A stretch of 63,995 nt of DNA, filler included, from Porpidia crustulata (lineage: Eukaryota), in assembly GCA_964255105.1 (NCBI GenBank). It is 8 parts of 8 records of this genome, joined end to end, with 100 filler letters (N's around TTAATTAATTAA, not from the genome) between each part and the next. Parts side by side here need not be neighbours in the genome. Positions count along the whole stretch, not along the records: positions 32,366 to 40,330 come from CAXUWE010001204.1; positions 40,431 to 48,391 come from CAXUWE010001205.1; positions 48,492 to 56,440 come from CAXUWE010001206.1; 5 more parts are not named here. One strand, written 5' to 3'. A program made the position numbers and the translations under genes. Below the pieces are notes generated by a model. It did not search any database and was not told the origin of the DNA. It worked only from the letters and a program-made list of their open reading frames with translations. Every line of letters starts with the position of its first letter. The first letter of the stretch is position 1. Shown one piece after another: positions 34,468 through 48,729 of this stretch.

Positions 34468-36276
34468 GCTTCTAAGTCCTGGGCACTATCAAGAAAGCTG
34501 ACGGAGTCAACGGCCCCATGGATTCGGTGACAGTCCCAAATCGGCATTATGAACAAGACCCGCAAGTTTCGATTTCGACTTGTTGTTGGCTCCTCCACAA
34601 TCGACCCAAAGGACACCCCGAACGCAAGTCGCAACAAATCGATGAGGATGAACAGGTTACACCGATCTACCGCTTGTGTCGATTTGCATAACGCCACCAC
34701 GCACCAGGCGCCCCCTTCTCACCCCTGGAAAAGCTTATGAGCGATGTTTGTAACCCGGTATGAAACTTTGATAACTAGGAGACGTGCAGAATTGAAACTC
34801 TCACACGCGCGATTGACTACGGTACTTGTTGTATATAGTTTAATGATGAGTATAGATAACATGAGCTTCGCCGAGAGGATGCCATTCGCATGGAATGGGA
34901 CGATAAAGCGTAGAGCGTATAATTGCCCCCTTCTCTTACCAAGGGGGTCGCTGAAGTCAGTTGATCATAAGCGGTAAATGGATCCAACAGTTTATATGAC
35001 ACAAGTCAACAGCAACATCGATGAAAAATTAAGTGCTGAATGCGACAATATTCTAAAGTTTCAAATCGCTTGAAAATATCTGCTTGACTAAGATTGCTTA
35101 CAAGGAGCTTAAGCAATTGGATCACCTGGACAGGGGTCTCGCCCCTGTGTCCCTGTGGGTGTGAGGCTCTTCTTTCTGCAGACCAATATCAATCTCACGT
35201 CCGCTTATTCCCCGCATTCGGCTGAGGCGATATGGATTCTAGATCAATCTCCTCTAAAGCTTTGCGACCCAATGGTGGCGAAATCTTCGCTTCTGCTGTA
35301 AATCCCAAGTGCTGGGTACTCGATAAGGATTGGAGCTTCTGTAGAAACCTACGATGCTACGATGCTACGAGGCTCACCCCCTATCTAAACTTTCTCCGAA
35401 TCATTGTGAAACGGTTTGAGATAAAATTATCTTACAGAGTGGCTATGGGAAATGAAGCATGCTCTGTACCATTGGGCCGCTAGGAGACGTCTAGGACAGA
35501 TCAACGGATTAGGAGGTGGCGTACTGGGACAACACTCCCAAGATAACGCTTAAGACTTAAGCTTCAATTTTAACGGGGATTAGTCCTTTCCATTCCAATT
35601 GACGATTGTGACACATTCTTACATGCCAACGCATGCCTCTCAGCTAGTTGATGGGGAGGACCGTCAGTTTGAGAGGTTTAGGAAGATCGGCACGTTTGTC
35701 ATAATTCTCTCGTATTGCACTTGTTTCACCCTCCCCAACCTTCCTCTCTCAGCTTCAAAGCCGAGAATCAATAAGAGGCTCGAGCCTCAATATCTAGAGA
35801 CACTACTTCTCGAGGAATGCTTCCCCAGCAGACATCAAGTTTAGGAAGTAACGAGGATCATTTTATATACATTTTCAATCTACGGAATTTATCCGTCATT
35901 CGAAGCGCCATCGACCCGATTTTAACGTAGATCTGCACTCCTTGCGGCACAACACTAAATAGCGCTCTAAAGCAACTAAGCAATCATGTATCTTTGATAT
36001 CCTCCACTCTGATTGATACCTTTAGGTCGCATTTACTTTTCAAGCCTCGATTAAAACATGTGTGAAGTGGCGCTAAGACCGTCACTATCACGTATTGGGC
36101 GCGATTCCCTCTCCCCACAAAGTATTCGCGTTGACCTGCGCACTGCAGGGGGAGTTCAATGCATTCGAGTTGTCGGCGATATATGACTTTAGTGACATGA
36201 GAAGCTTTGCTCAACGGCTCTCACACCCAAATCGGAGCCCCCCACGGTCCTTACCCTATAGCTTAACGCTCACACA

Positions 36277-39200
36277 ATGGCTCCTCTTCCAACTAATGAC
36301 ATTTCCTCTCCTCCATTGGCAGATTGGTTCTTCATCACTGGTTTGCGCTCACTGTGTCTTTTTTATACGCCAGACACTAAGCTTGGAACAGGTGTTGACA
36401 GTGAACAATTGAGGTGGGGGAGAGACGAACAATCTGTCCCTGATGGTGCCCAATCAGCCGAGCCCACGATTGAAGAAGATAAATTGGCAGAGGCAGAGAA
36501 TGATGACTCGGATCTCTTACCAGCGACGCCACGTACCTCCAAGCGAAACTCTTACCAACGTCTCTCCCATCTCTCGGATGAAGCACGATTTTCAATTGCC
36601 TCGATATCCTCCACACCTGATAAGAAGGGTACAGATAGCAATCGAAGCAGCGCGACCATCAGGGGCATCCAAATTACGGCCAAAGGAGGGCTGAATGATG
36701 TGGACTTTGACAAAGCCCTACGGAAGTTTGCCTCCGAAAGAGACTCTTTCTTATCAGACTTGACCTTAAGCGCTGGAGCGGTGATGCCTAATCGACCTAA
36801 ACCTCGGCCGAAAACCCAACGGATAGTAAAGGATGATGCTGCGGGGCTCAAATCAGGGGTGGGAAGTATCCGACGAAGAATTTCGTTCAGAGACATGAAG
36901 AGACAGCCGTCCGTCGCTAGACAGCGTGAGTGATCAGAATCTTCTCCAATCATACCCATTGTACTGCTGTCCTGTGGAGCGTGATCGGAGGCACCGACTA
37001 ATTCCATGTATTTACAGCGTCGGTACGGACTTCGAAACGCCTGAGCAACTACAACTCGGTCATCCCCAGTCCTCAGCCGTTGAACGCCGAAGCAAATACC
37101 CACCCTCTAAAACGAAGATTTGAGCCCGCTTTGCTCGACAGATATCCACCAAGAAGCATGGTTGAGGAAACAAGACGAAGAGGTGCATTCCCGGATTACG
37201 TTCCCATGTTTGCGTTTCCAAACGACGTTAATATCGTTTCCGCGGATGAAAGGCCAAGGACTACGTGGCATGGTTTTGCTATGACAGGTGGCGACAACGC
37301 ACGGTTATATGGAATCTGCATCATTGTATGGCTTCCTTTGAATCAGCAAGCCTCGGAGGAGCTTGAACGAAAGTGTGAAGAATGGAGACGCGATAACATG
37401 ACCGATGAAGAGAGAGAGCTGGCAAGTAGCTTAGGCGAGCGGCTGGCTGTCGAGAGGGTCAAGCTCTCCCGTCTACTCGCCAAGCTTCCTTCTGTCTCTT
37501 CTGGGTCTGAGGAAAGAGAGAATCTCGAGGATGATATCAGTGCAGTCGAGGAAAAGATCGGTCTCATGGCTGATCTGTTACGTCCTGTGAGGCACGGCGC
37601 TGCCGCCAAAATTGATGGTCTGACGAACGGAGAGACTGGCCTTTGGATCCCGAGATCGTACGGTATCCTTGGCCGCGATCCGGCTCTCACAAGCTTCTGG
37701 AAGGAATGGTTGCGAGCGGTGGTCGTTCCCATGGCGGATGGTGCTGTTGTACGTATACCACCAAGTTCGCCAAAAGTTGGGATGTGGCAACCACTCGAAA
37801 GATATGTTGTAAATCTCTGCGCTGAGGCATTGAGCCCAGTATCATCGAAAACTCAGGTCGAGATTGCTGTACGAGAATTACGACTCTTTGCAAGAAAAGA
37901 AGCTGTTAACGAGCTTCCAGGGTCGCGTAACGTAGGAGCACCTTATAAGAACGAACGATCTATTCGCTAACTGGTGCAGACGGATCTATATGCGCTCTTT
38001 CGAACTTTATCGATCCCTAATATTGTAGTATTAATAGAAGTATGGCCTTTTCGCACTCATTACGTTCTCCGCTAACATGGGCGTGAACAGTTCGCTCTGG
38101 CCGAATCTCGTATAATCCTCCTCTCTTCTCATACATCGATGCTACATATTGCAAGCAAAGCCCTGGTAGAGCTCTTGTACCCCATGGTCTGGAGTGGTAT
38201 TTTCATCCCAGTACTTCCCTCGAGGCTCATCCAGGCCATTGAAGCACCTTGCCCGTACATTGTTGGCATCGAACGTCGATACGAGAAGGTCGAGCTTCCA
38301 GAAGATGATTTCGTACTTGTTGATTTAGACCAAGATGAGATAGAATCCACAACTCGACCCACGCCTTTGCCAAGACAACAACGGCGAAAGTTAATTTCGT
38401 TACTACAGATGGCAGCACCACATCACAACCGATATGGTGTACCTACGGGTCCACCCCTTTATGCTGTAGAGGCTTTCCCGTTCGACGCTTTTTCATCGGA
38501 GAATCCGTCGCTTTTCACAGGAAACCCTCTAACGACTTCCTTGGCCAAGTACGTCAGCCTGAACTCTACATCTTTCGGGGAAACTGGGGCATCCTTGCCT
38601 CCGAGGCCTCCAGTTTTTAACGCATTTTTACCACCAAAAAATGAGTCCTCGCGCCTGATGGAACGGCCATCGACAAGCTCGACTGCAAAGGGAAGCTGTC
38701 CACCTTCGCCAAAGCTTTCTCCGACTTCTAGCTCCTTTCCACCTTTACCAATAACGGCAATCTCTCGTAGCGATTCCGGTTTTGCAATTCAAGCTACTTT
38801 GCGAGAAAAACGGTCTGGCCATTTTGATAGCTCGTCGAAGCGCAGCTCGACATACGGCTTCGATAGAGTCCCTACATTGAGACGTCCCAGTATTCCATTC
38901 AGTGGCCATTCATCTAACCATTCTTCAAACCACTCCTCGAGCTTATCCATGACAACAATGTCCACGGACAGCCATACCATGTCAAATTATGCCCCATCTA
39001 CTTATGCACAATCTACATTAGCAGCTTCCACAATAATGCCGAATATGCTTATGCAGCCAGTGCGAAATACCGAAACAACGAATTGGATAGAAGGTCATCA
39101 TCTCCAATGGAGACTTCATGACGACCGATCAGTATGCTCAGTGTGCGAAGAAAAGGCCGATGAGGGTATATATAAATGTGGAGGATGTGGTATCAATGCC

Positions 39201-39942
39201 CACGGTAGATGTGCGCCCCAGATCTGTCTGGTATGCCCAGCGGCATTTCACCCAGAGCAAGTTCGTGCAGCGTTCGCTCGTTGCTTTGCTAGTCTGTTTT
39301 ATACGTATCGCAAATATCTTGTGGCTCCCACTAGTGATCAGAGGAAGTCTGGAATGCTCTATCGCTTCAGTATGGACGGATTTTTGCGAAGTCTGCCTCA
39401 CGAGAATGCTGACTACATGAATGTCTTGCAGCAAACTCAAGGTATGATCTCCTTGCTGTGATACTACCGGCGGTAATTGACTTTTGATAGGCTTCAACGA
39501 GTTCATCCACGAGCGAGAGATGAAGCCACCGACGGATCCTTCAATCATGCTCTTTGATCAAATGATTCTTTCGAAGAGAAATCGAGGTCGAACATCACTG
39601 TTCAGTAAATCAAAGACCGACTTTCTTTCCGACACATCAGAACATTTCTGGCGGTCAGCAGCCGCTACGCCGCCGCAGGGTAGGTTTCCGGGGGACTATC
39701 GGTCGATTATTACCAGAAGTACGTCTCCATTCCCAACATTTTAATTGAGTACTAGTTCCCTGACTTAAAACGGCACAGCCCCTGCAAAACTCGACCCCAC
39801 CCTGATGAAAGAACCTCGAGTCATCCAAGGCGTCCCTCGTGTTAACACGTCGAAAGCGCGGAGGAAGCCAATTCCCAGCATGCTTGGTCCGAAGGGGAGG
39901 CTAAATGGCCTGAACGGCCTCGCCCAATCGCCACCTGACTGA
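36277..39942 (+). CDS. DENN-domain protein (uDENN/cDENN/dDENN) with an embedded C1 domain; putative Rab GEF
   Basis: LADWFFITG, LLDRYPP, VPMFAFPND, LYGICI, ALAESRIILLSSH, IFIPVLPSRL..EAPCPYIVGI; C1 H..CSVC..CGGCGINAHGRC; QTQGFNEFIHER. Multiple GT-AG introns. Confidence 0.9.
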
Positions 39943-40330
39943 GAACATTTGATATCGCCAGCACATTATTAGTCGGCATAATACAGGATTGATTCCTCAA
40001 AAAGAGGATACGCGACATTTCAGAGCAGGACTCGACATTTTCGGCACCCTCATCTTTTGATACGATGATGCATTGGAAACTGGGGGAACTTGGATTGGGT
40101 TTTTGGTAATCGGGCATGGTGGCAGGTATGTAGGAATGGATAGGAATGTGGAGGGATTTGCATAGCGACAGAGAAGGAGCATTGGGTATCGACGACATGT
40201 ACGTTATGAATAAGATGTGAGAGACCGTGCAGTGTGAGCAGAGGGAATTTGGACATCAGCAATGCAGGCACGTAACGGATCGGCGACAGTGATCTCCACA
40301 GCCGTTATTATTGCATAACCACGACATCTC

Positions 40331-40430
40331 NNNNNNNNNNNNNNNNNNNNNNNNNNNNNNNNNNNNNNNNNNNNTTAATTAATTAANNNNNNNNNNNNNN
40401 NNNNNNNNNNNNNNNNNNNNNNNNNNNNNN
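40331..40430. other. Artificial contig spacer
   Basis: 44N-TTAATTAATTAA-44N. Confidence 0.99.
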
Positions 40431-43380
40431 CGTGGGTGGGTTGGTGGGGTTTTGTTACGTATGTAGGTAGGTAGGTGCTGCCCTACCTGGATACTATCTA
40501 TTTAGATATTGGTCTGGACTCGATTTCTATCTGCTTTGATACGTGACTGCGGTTCTGACTCCTAAGACTAAGCTACCTACAACTTGCTACTTTGGGTACT
40601 GTATCTATCATGCTTAACCGACCTTGCACTACTGTGCTGTGGACTGTGTGAGCGTCTGCCTTCTGCATTTTACAAACTTACTGATGTAGGTACCCCGCCT
40701 CAAATAGATGCTTCTTCTCTGTATGGCTTCTGGTCTGCAATTAGTCGGTTGTGACGATTAGCTTTGCGAGGACGTGGCAATCTATGTGTTACATCTGGCA
40801 ATACGACGTTTTGCTTGTTGCTATTTATATTGCCAAGTCGGGAGTTTCTGCCCATGGTTTTTTGTGGTTCTGTGTGGATTTTCCATTGTTACATCGAGTT
40901 ACGGTTGAGTCATTGGTCCACGGTCCTTGGCTTCAGCCTGAGCATTTTGTGCGCCCTGTAGGGTCTATTCTGAAACCTATCCAATCACCTGTGCAGACTA
41001 GAAGCCTTGCGCATGCTTCTGGCCACGTTCAACCGTGCTAGGAGGAAAAGCCGTGCATATTGCAGGCTCAGAGCAGATTTCGAAAAGTTTAATGCTTTTG
41101 CGTCGTTTTGACTACTTTTCGAATTTGGACAGAGGTGGACATTGTCGAAGAAAAGGATTGGCACACCTAAGGCAAATCATCTTCGACGACGCCATCACCA
41201 TCCGAAGGATAGGAAAGGCTCAAATGCCAAGATGTAGATCATGGGCTGGACGAGTGGATGAGAAGTCTCCTCAACTGTTCCCCGGAGCTTCCCATTCGAT
41301 CGCCCTATTGTTGGACTCTTTGGGTATGGCTTTGTGTCGGCCAATCATGCATACGGTAATCCGTGAGGCAGGTCGGCAAGCAGCCAGGTATGCTCGATAT
41401 CCCTTCATGACGCTGCAGCATTGCCGTCGGGGATGCTATCGGGAAGCTACTCAAGCGACTTTCCCAAGAGGTCCTAGCGAGCCAGCGATGACTACTCTGG
41501 GAATTGAGCCCTTCGCTTGTGCCGGTGCAACGGGTTGTATCTCTTGCATCTGTTCGCTTTTCGCATCAGGACCGATGCTAAAGGGTAGCAAGACCGATAG
41601 CAAACGTCAGTGCTCGCTAGGATATGGCTGGATGTGGACTTGAGAATGGAAGGAAGCGACGGAACAACTCAGTTCGCTTCGGACATGCGACTACTCGACA
41701 AGGCGACGGGAGCGTTCCGCTTTCGCCTGGAAAGGCTGAAGTCATTTTTTTGAATTTTGCTCCCGCTGGGTCTTGCCGCTGGAAGCTACCTTATGTGTCG
41801 TTTGTCAGAAAGTGAACACACCTTACAAAGATGCGAATGGGTCAGGCAGTCAACCTCATTAGTTTGTCAGGGATACTCCTTACTCATGATGGTTGTCAGT
41901 CTGCCCTCCTTCGATCCTTCGCTCCTTCAGTTGGGCTTCTCTGCAATCTGCACACTGTCGCACGGCATAAGTATCTTGCGAAGATACCGAGAGAAATCTG
42001 CCCTGTACATGGCTATCGTCTCTGATTCAAGCTATGTCATTTCCTCTCCAAGGATGATCATTGTTACGATATAATCATAAAATCGATTTCCTTGCTGTAT
42101 TGGCAGGATGCCGAGAACCACTCCGTGCCGGCTAACTTATTTGCCCTGCCTCTGAGAAGAGTGTGGGTGAGGGGCATATTATTCTGCTATTGATGGTTCG
42201 CAAAGTCCTAATGCACATGCGGGACCGTGGGACGTTACCTTACCTTACCTACGCATAACCCATGAAGCTAGGATGAGCGATGAGTCCTAAGGTAAGCCCT
42301 GACCACTAATCCATCCTGCCTTGGCCCGATCCAGCCACAGCACCGTGTCAACCCTTGTTCGCCCTCTCTGGATAGTGGACATGAATTTCGGCGAGGCCTG
42401 CTTACTCCAGGAGACAGATTGATACGTGGATATTCCATTGTCTCATCGACACGAACATTACTAAGGATCAATTGCCTTACTACCTCGAGATGGGACGCCT
42501 TGCTGTTCACAGACGCACTCCTGCCTTAGCGCACCCTGACTCGGAGGGACCCTCGAGGTGGTTGATTGTATTTGCAACAGGATCCGGCAAAGGATGTGAG
42601 CGACTCCGTAGATGTTCCAAATGCGAGATAAATATCCTTCTCGGGTTGGAGCGGGAACAACCTAGGCACTCCGACGTCGCTGAAGTTCCAAAGAACGTAC
42701 ATGGGCATACGGTAGCGACGCCCGTCGATAAACTACTACATACTACCACCTTTACCTTACCGTGCCTGCCACTCCTGCCAGTCGAAATTGAAGGACCAAC
42801 ATTTATTACAGCCAACGTTAGTCCAACCTTGTAAGGCGAAGTTCTTGCTCAAGCTCTCCGTACACAGATTCCATTCCACGTGACCCTCACTCGACGGCGC
42901 CTGAGCTTCAGGTTCGCAGATCCAGCCGATTCATGAGCGTGGCAAGGGTGAGTGGCTGTGCAAAAAGAGTGTGGGTAGGACGAGATTTCGACAGGCCACT
43001 AGTGTACAGCTGAAGGAAGCAAAACAAAACCGAAGGCGTTCGGAAGCTTTGTAGGGCTGACATTAGGTGCGAATGATTTAACTACGGGGGCTGACCCCAC
43101 CTAGCAGACGATTTTTGTGCTGCTAGCTCTGACTTGCGGAGCTGAACAGTGCTCCGCCGTTTGTTTGATTTTTTGTTCTCCTTACGTTTGCTATGGTCAC
43201 GATAGGTTCTGGGAGAAATCGTGTTTTGCCTCCGATTCGTGTCTTCGTTTACTACTCGTCTTCTTGATCGACGCGCAATCGCCACCACTGCAATAATTCT
43301 CACACTACTTCCAGCGCCAGCGCACTTTACGACTTCCTACGATTTTATGGTTTCAGCTTGTGGCAATACTATCGCCCATA

Positions 43381-45928
43381 ATGGATATCTCTCGTGCTCC
43401 GTCGCCACCTTCAATACTTGTTTATGATTTTAACGGCATGAACGGTCGAGCTCCGAGATCTTCAAGAGAACAGGGAGGGATGAATATTCCGAACGCAATA
43501 CACGACGAGCCTCCTCCTCCATTGGTTCCCCCGAGATTCATACGCGACCTTGCTGCTGGCAGCGATCCGGGATGGCAATGGGGGAATCATCGTTCTAGGG
43601 GTGGAGGTATTGGTAAAAGCGGTGGGTCTGTCAGTCCAGGGTCAAGTTTGCATGGAAATTGGGACCACAGAATGGTACACGAAAGGACCTCAGAACGGCC
43701 CGACTATGTTCGACATGATAGCTCCAACTCGACTGCTAGATCACGCCCAGAGTCAGATAGAAGACATGACTTTTCTTCCCGGTTCATTGACGAAGGATAT
43801 CACAGCCTCTCGGGCTCAAGTATTGGAAATCAGTCAGTATACGCACGTTTACTTCGTTCGTCAATTGTATTTGCATGTACAATACAAGGGTGTCAACCAA
43901 GGCAGTCGCTTTTTTAATACTCCCCGGAGCATCACTATGCCATTGCAAATCTTCCCCCTTGCTGCCTGCCTTTTTATCTCGACGGCGACTAATACATGTT
44001 CGTGCGAAGACTACACGGCGAAAGGCATCTGGAGCGAGCGAATCTTGAAAACTCGTCTCAAGCGTATGATAACAAGCTTTTATCCAAGATTGGGAAGCCC
44101 AAGACACCTCCTCGAACTTCATCGTTAGGCAGTGTAGAAGCTTCGCCAACGTCGAGTATGCCGTTCCATCCAGGTACGAAGTATCCACACAAGCTCAAGT
44201 CCATATCCATGTCGGAAAGGCCGGGGGGTGCATCTTCTGAACCACAGTTCAAGAAGGAGCCATGTTCTAGTAGATTTGGTGACAGTCCGCGCTCGCGCGC
44301 CATCTCTCCTGGTCTGATATCTTCTGCAGCGAGTGCTAAGAATTACATGGATTACCGAAGCCCCCCGGGCGAAGGTATGACCCCATTGTCTGCACATGAA
44401 TCGGATGCCCAAGCTCGGTTTCCCGCTGCTCCTGGCTTTGCGTCATCTCGCGGGTCGATACACCATTCTCGACGAGAGTCTTTGTCTGGCAGTGGGTCGG
44501 TATTTTCGAATTTTGATGAGTCAGCAGCGAGCTCCCTAAACAGTACGACTAGCACTAGCGAATACACCCACCGGCCTAAGCGAAGCAGCCACGACCAATC
44601 GATCTTGTTTGCGGAACCTGACTCGGCGGCAGATTTTCCCATGGAAGAAACGGGTGCTTTGCGACAACTCCACCTCGAAGACCCTCCGCCACCTAGCTAC
44701 GAGACGCCGTACTTCTACTCATCTTCCGTAGACGCACGTTCGGGCATGTCCTTGAAAAGAAGAGCTTCTTCACCACCTCCGGAAGCTGCGCACGACGATA
44801 AGGCCTTGCATTCGGCGGGGAGCAGTACCGAACTTTATCAACGGAGCACCGCCCACCTCACTGCAACTCGTGATTCCCCATTAAGTCGGTTCGCCCCACT
44901 TCAACACGGTTCTATTTCATCAACATCCTCAAGTGGTCTTCGAAACGGATCGTACGCATCTTCTGGTGGCCTGTCGGTCGGAGGTAGCTCCATCAGTAGT
45001 CTTTCAACACACGAACGCCATTCGCCAGGTGGATTATCACCAGCGTCCGACCAACTCAACACTCGTGATTTTCAACACAATCACTCTCTGCCTATGACAT
45101 CAAGTCCTCGGGACGCACTCCAACGAGCTCATCAACGAACATCATCCGACGTCAAATCCGCAGCAGCGATTGCACGCAAAATGTCGACTGAAAATTCTGG
45201 GCCACGCAAGGTCCACAACGCGCCAGGTCTTCAAGCTCATGTCCACATATGTGAATGCTGCCCTAAGAAACCCAAGAAGTTTGATACGCTGGAGGAGCTG
45301 AAGTGAGTCGCACGCCGATGGATCGTGCCAAGCTAATCTTCCTGCTCCAATCAGAATCCACGAATCAGAAAAGCAATATAGCTGCAACTTCTGTAACAAT
45401 CGGTTCAAAAACAAGAACGAGGCTGAACGTCATCAAAACTCCCTTCACCTTCGCCGTCATTCCTGGTCGTGTGCCACTCTGGCCGGCAAGTACGAAGCTG
45501 CTTTCCACCCTTCGAGTACCATTGCATCCAACAACGCCCCTCCCTTGATGGACTCTATACCTGCTATGGACATTTGCGGCTATTGTGGACAGCAGTTCTC
45601 CAACGACCCACATCCTGACTGGGACGACCGTGTCAACCATCTTCAAAACGTGCACAAATTCGGCGAATGCAATCAATCTAAGAAATTCTTTCGCGCCGAT
45701 CACTTCCGTCAACACCTCAAGCACAGCCATGCAGGTACCAGCGGGAAATGGACAAATATGTTGGAGAATGCTTGCATGAAGGATGAGCCAAACCCCGCAG
45801 GTCCTGAGATCATGCAAGCTGGTCTACAGGTAGTATCAGCGCCGGTTGCAAACATGGGAATGGGCTCTCGTATGAACATGTCGGGTCCTAGCGGAATGCG
45901 AGACACAAAAATTGAAGAGGAGTATTGA
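43381..45928 (+). CDS. C2H2 zinc-finger transcription factor with C-terminal fingers (3 exons)
   Basis: Ser/Pro-rich N-terminus, then CECCPKKPKKFDTLEELK|IHESEKQYSCNFCNNRFKNKNEAERHQNSLHLRRHSWSC, DICGYCG..HLQNVH and CNQSKKFFRADHFRQHLKHSH. Introns at about 43833-44009 and 45303-45353. Confidence 0.92.
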
Positions 45929-48391
45929 TCGTGAGTATCACGGCTTGGGGAGCAAAGCATTTCTGGCGTGGCTAAGGCAAGCCAAATTGAGTGATTCGAT
46001 TCATGCCCTATGCTCGGGCGATGAATTGACATTTTCTTGTCTTCTTCGAGGGCGGTGGTTAAAACCTTTTCAAAAAGTGGGCTCTAAGCTGCTAGCTATG
46101 CTGCCCTATGTATCACGAATGTTCACGACGGGCGTTTCAGCTTACGTCCTTGGCCTTGACGGGCTGCATAAAGGCCTATAACTTAGAGTATCGAAAATTC
46201 AAAGGAGATGCAGGAATTGACTTGTGTAACAAACACTTTTATTGTACCGAGGTACGAACCTCTCGTGACCTTCCAGTGTCGTTACAAAGTTATGGTACCT
46301 CATCTCAATAGCTTGTCCCCCAAACTGCTTCTTCCATCTTCTGATTCCTACACTCTCCGGCTTCGCATCATCTAGCATTTAAACCTTTCCTCTAAGTACA
46401 GACCTTCGCTTGAGGAAGCGAACGCTTTCGCTCTTCGCCATTTCATCTTACAGTGTACACTCCAAAAATTACAACTTTGGCCTCATGCTCCATGCACGTA
46501 ATGCTTCAGCAAGGTCTGTACTGTAACACCCTCAACATTCTCTCTTATCTCGACTCTCAACCTACTTACATCAGAGACGTGCGTTTCTAGAGCCAAGGCA
46601 AGAAAGTCACGGCTCAACCCAACGGAGTTGTACAGCATCATGTCAGAGCCCTCCACTCGTCCGGATACATTCGACCAGCAGCTGAAAATCCATTCGAGGA
46701 TTTGTGATTGGGTATGCAACACGCACTAAAGTACAATCTCACGCGGGATATAAGACCAACCTACAGATCCACTGGCGTGGTCGATTCTGGCCACCAACCT
46801 ATGTCTCTGCGGTACGAAAGGTTACAGATGCACCCAAGAGGAACTATTTAATGCAAAGGATTCGCCGCCGCGTACTCGGCAGGATGCTTACTACCTATAA
46901 GGCAACAGACCATAGCAACCGCCTTGGCACTTCCGTCTTACAGAGTAGCGGTCAAGATAAAGAAGCGAACCCGCCGGTCAGGATTTGATTATGCGGGTAG
47001 AAGGATTCAATCAAGCGGCAGAGTGGGATCCGAGCAAGGAATCCTATCCGTGCGCCAGGGATACTATGCTCGGCTAGGACTGGTCACGCTGGAAGGATCA
47101 GCTTCGTGGCTAGAACCGTATCCTTTAGTGGATCGATCTTGAGGAAGGAGTAGAGGCTGTGGGCGGGAAGCTTGTAAGCAACCGAGGACTGAGCCACATG
47201 CCAACATATCATTTGTATGACCCTGAGTTTCCCCGCAAAATATCTGGCGATGTTTGAATGATTTGGATGTGGGATTCTTTGGGCTGACGATACATGAACA
47301 TACCTTCTTTCTAGGTTTCTGTCATGCTTTCGCTCCTCGGACGTTAGTCTTCCCGGAAATGGGACGCCTCACCAACGCTTCTTCACCGCATCGTTGGTTC
47401 TGCTCGCCTGGCGTCTTCGTATCTCGAGACCCTGCATCACGCAACCCATGTGCAGTCGCCTTCAGACTGGACTTCTATCCTCTTGTGTTTCTCTTTCTCG
47501 TTTTGCAATCGGGCTCACGGACTTTGTCAAATCGCATGGCTACTATTCTCAAAACGCCTTGCACAAGATGTCGTATTCCCAAGGCAATGCAATCATTCGA
47601 AGCAATGTGTCGACCTGCATACTCGTATCTCGGCATAGCCCCTAATTAAGGCACCTCTCGGTGCATGTTCAAGGCGTGCATTCAATGTACATATGAGTGC
47701 CTGTTGTATCCTTGTACGCCTTACAGCCCGTCTTTCTCCATTTTTCTCACGTCTGACTTCTGGGTCCACTTTGAGCTTATGACTATTTCCTTTACTATCT
47801 AGATCTCTGTACTCAATTTTGTTTCTATCCTCAAATAGAGCAGCATGTGTCTGGAAAAGCTTCGCTTCCTCGTTTGTAGATCGATGTGGCAGCGATCTCT
47901 TTCAGACGACATCTCTTCAGCCTCACTCGCCTAAACTTACCTTCTTGTTCTGAGTCCTATAGTTGCCTCAATCAGGCAATCAGGCAACCAAGACTAGCGT
48001 GCCTTGCTTGATCTCTTGTAATTCTTGCGTGATCTCGTACAATTATCCTTGCACATCCTGTGCTACAATCTACATACGATGGCTCCCATACTTTTGAATT
48101 TTATGGCAGTGCTCTGGATTGCAGGCGCCAGGGGTTTTGAAATCAGATTAACTTGAGGAATGAGTATGTGTACGACATCAATAACGCCACACCCCACGTT
48201 GGGCAATCTCTCTACTCCAAATCTTATCTACCAAACTTTGCCGCTCAATCTTTTGTCACTCTATCGATTCTCATTGATATTCTATCAGCAAAAAGAAAAA
48301 AGAATCCAACTCCAACTACATGATCATTTCTTCTATGAACGCACCTCAAAACATAGTACTCCAATACTTCTTAGACTTTCTCCTCCAAATC

Positions 48392-48491
48392 NNNNNNNNN
48401 NNNNNNNNNNNNNNNNNNNNNNNNNNNNNNNNNNNTTAATTAATTAANNNNNNNNNNNNNNNNNNNNNNNNNNNNNNNNNNNNNNNNNNNN
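48392..48491. other. Artificial contig spacer
   Basis: 44N-TTAATTAATTAA-44N. Confidence 0.99.
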
Positions 48492-48729
48492 AGGGAGATT
48501 GGGGGATGAGGAAGCTAATTAATGGATATTATAGGTATGAGATTAGGAAACGGCGAGCAAAGCCGTAGTCAAGGTATGAGACTTTACTCCTTTGTCGGTA
48601 TTGAATTCTAATTTGTCGAAGAATGCTATCGTCTCGCGTGCAAGGCCTCACGGTTCGAGTCACAGATCGTCGGATAGGTCATAGAATACCTACACCTACC
48701 AGCCTTCTTCATCCACTTGCCTCAGTTCC

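Noticed and set aside
41035..41643. 202-aa ORF upstream of the C2H2 transcription factor
   Set aside because: GTG start, no motifs and no clear gene structure. It is more likely part of the long regulatory region typical of fungal TF genes.
48079..48156. Signal-peptide-like mini ORF MAPILLNFMAVLWIAGARGFEIRLT*
   Set aside because: Stops after 25 codons near a contig end; a gene relic cannot be distinguished from chance.
48648..48670. GGTTCGAGTC as a tRNA T-loop
   Set aside because: The flanks do not form a T stem and no cloverleaf is present. No tRNA or rRNA gene was recognised anywhere in the window.
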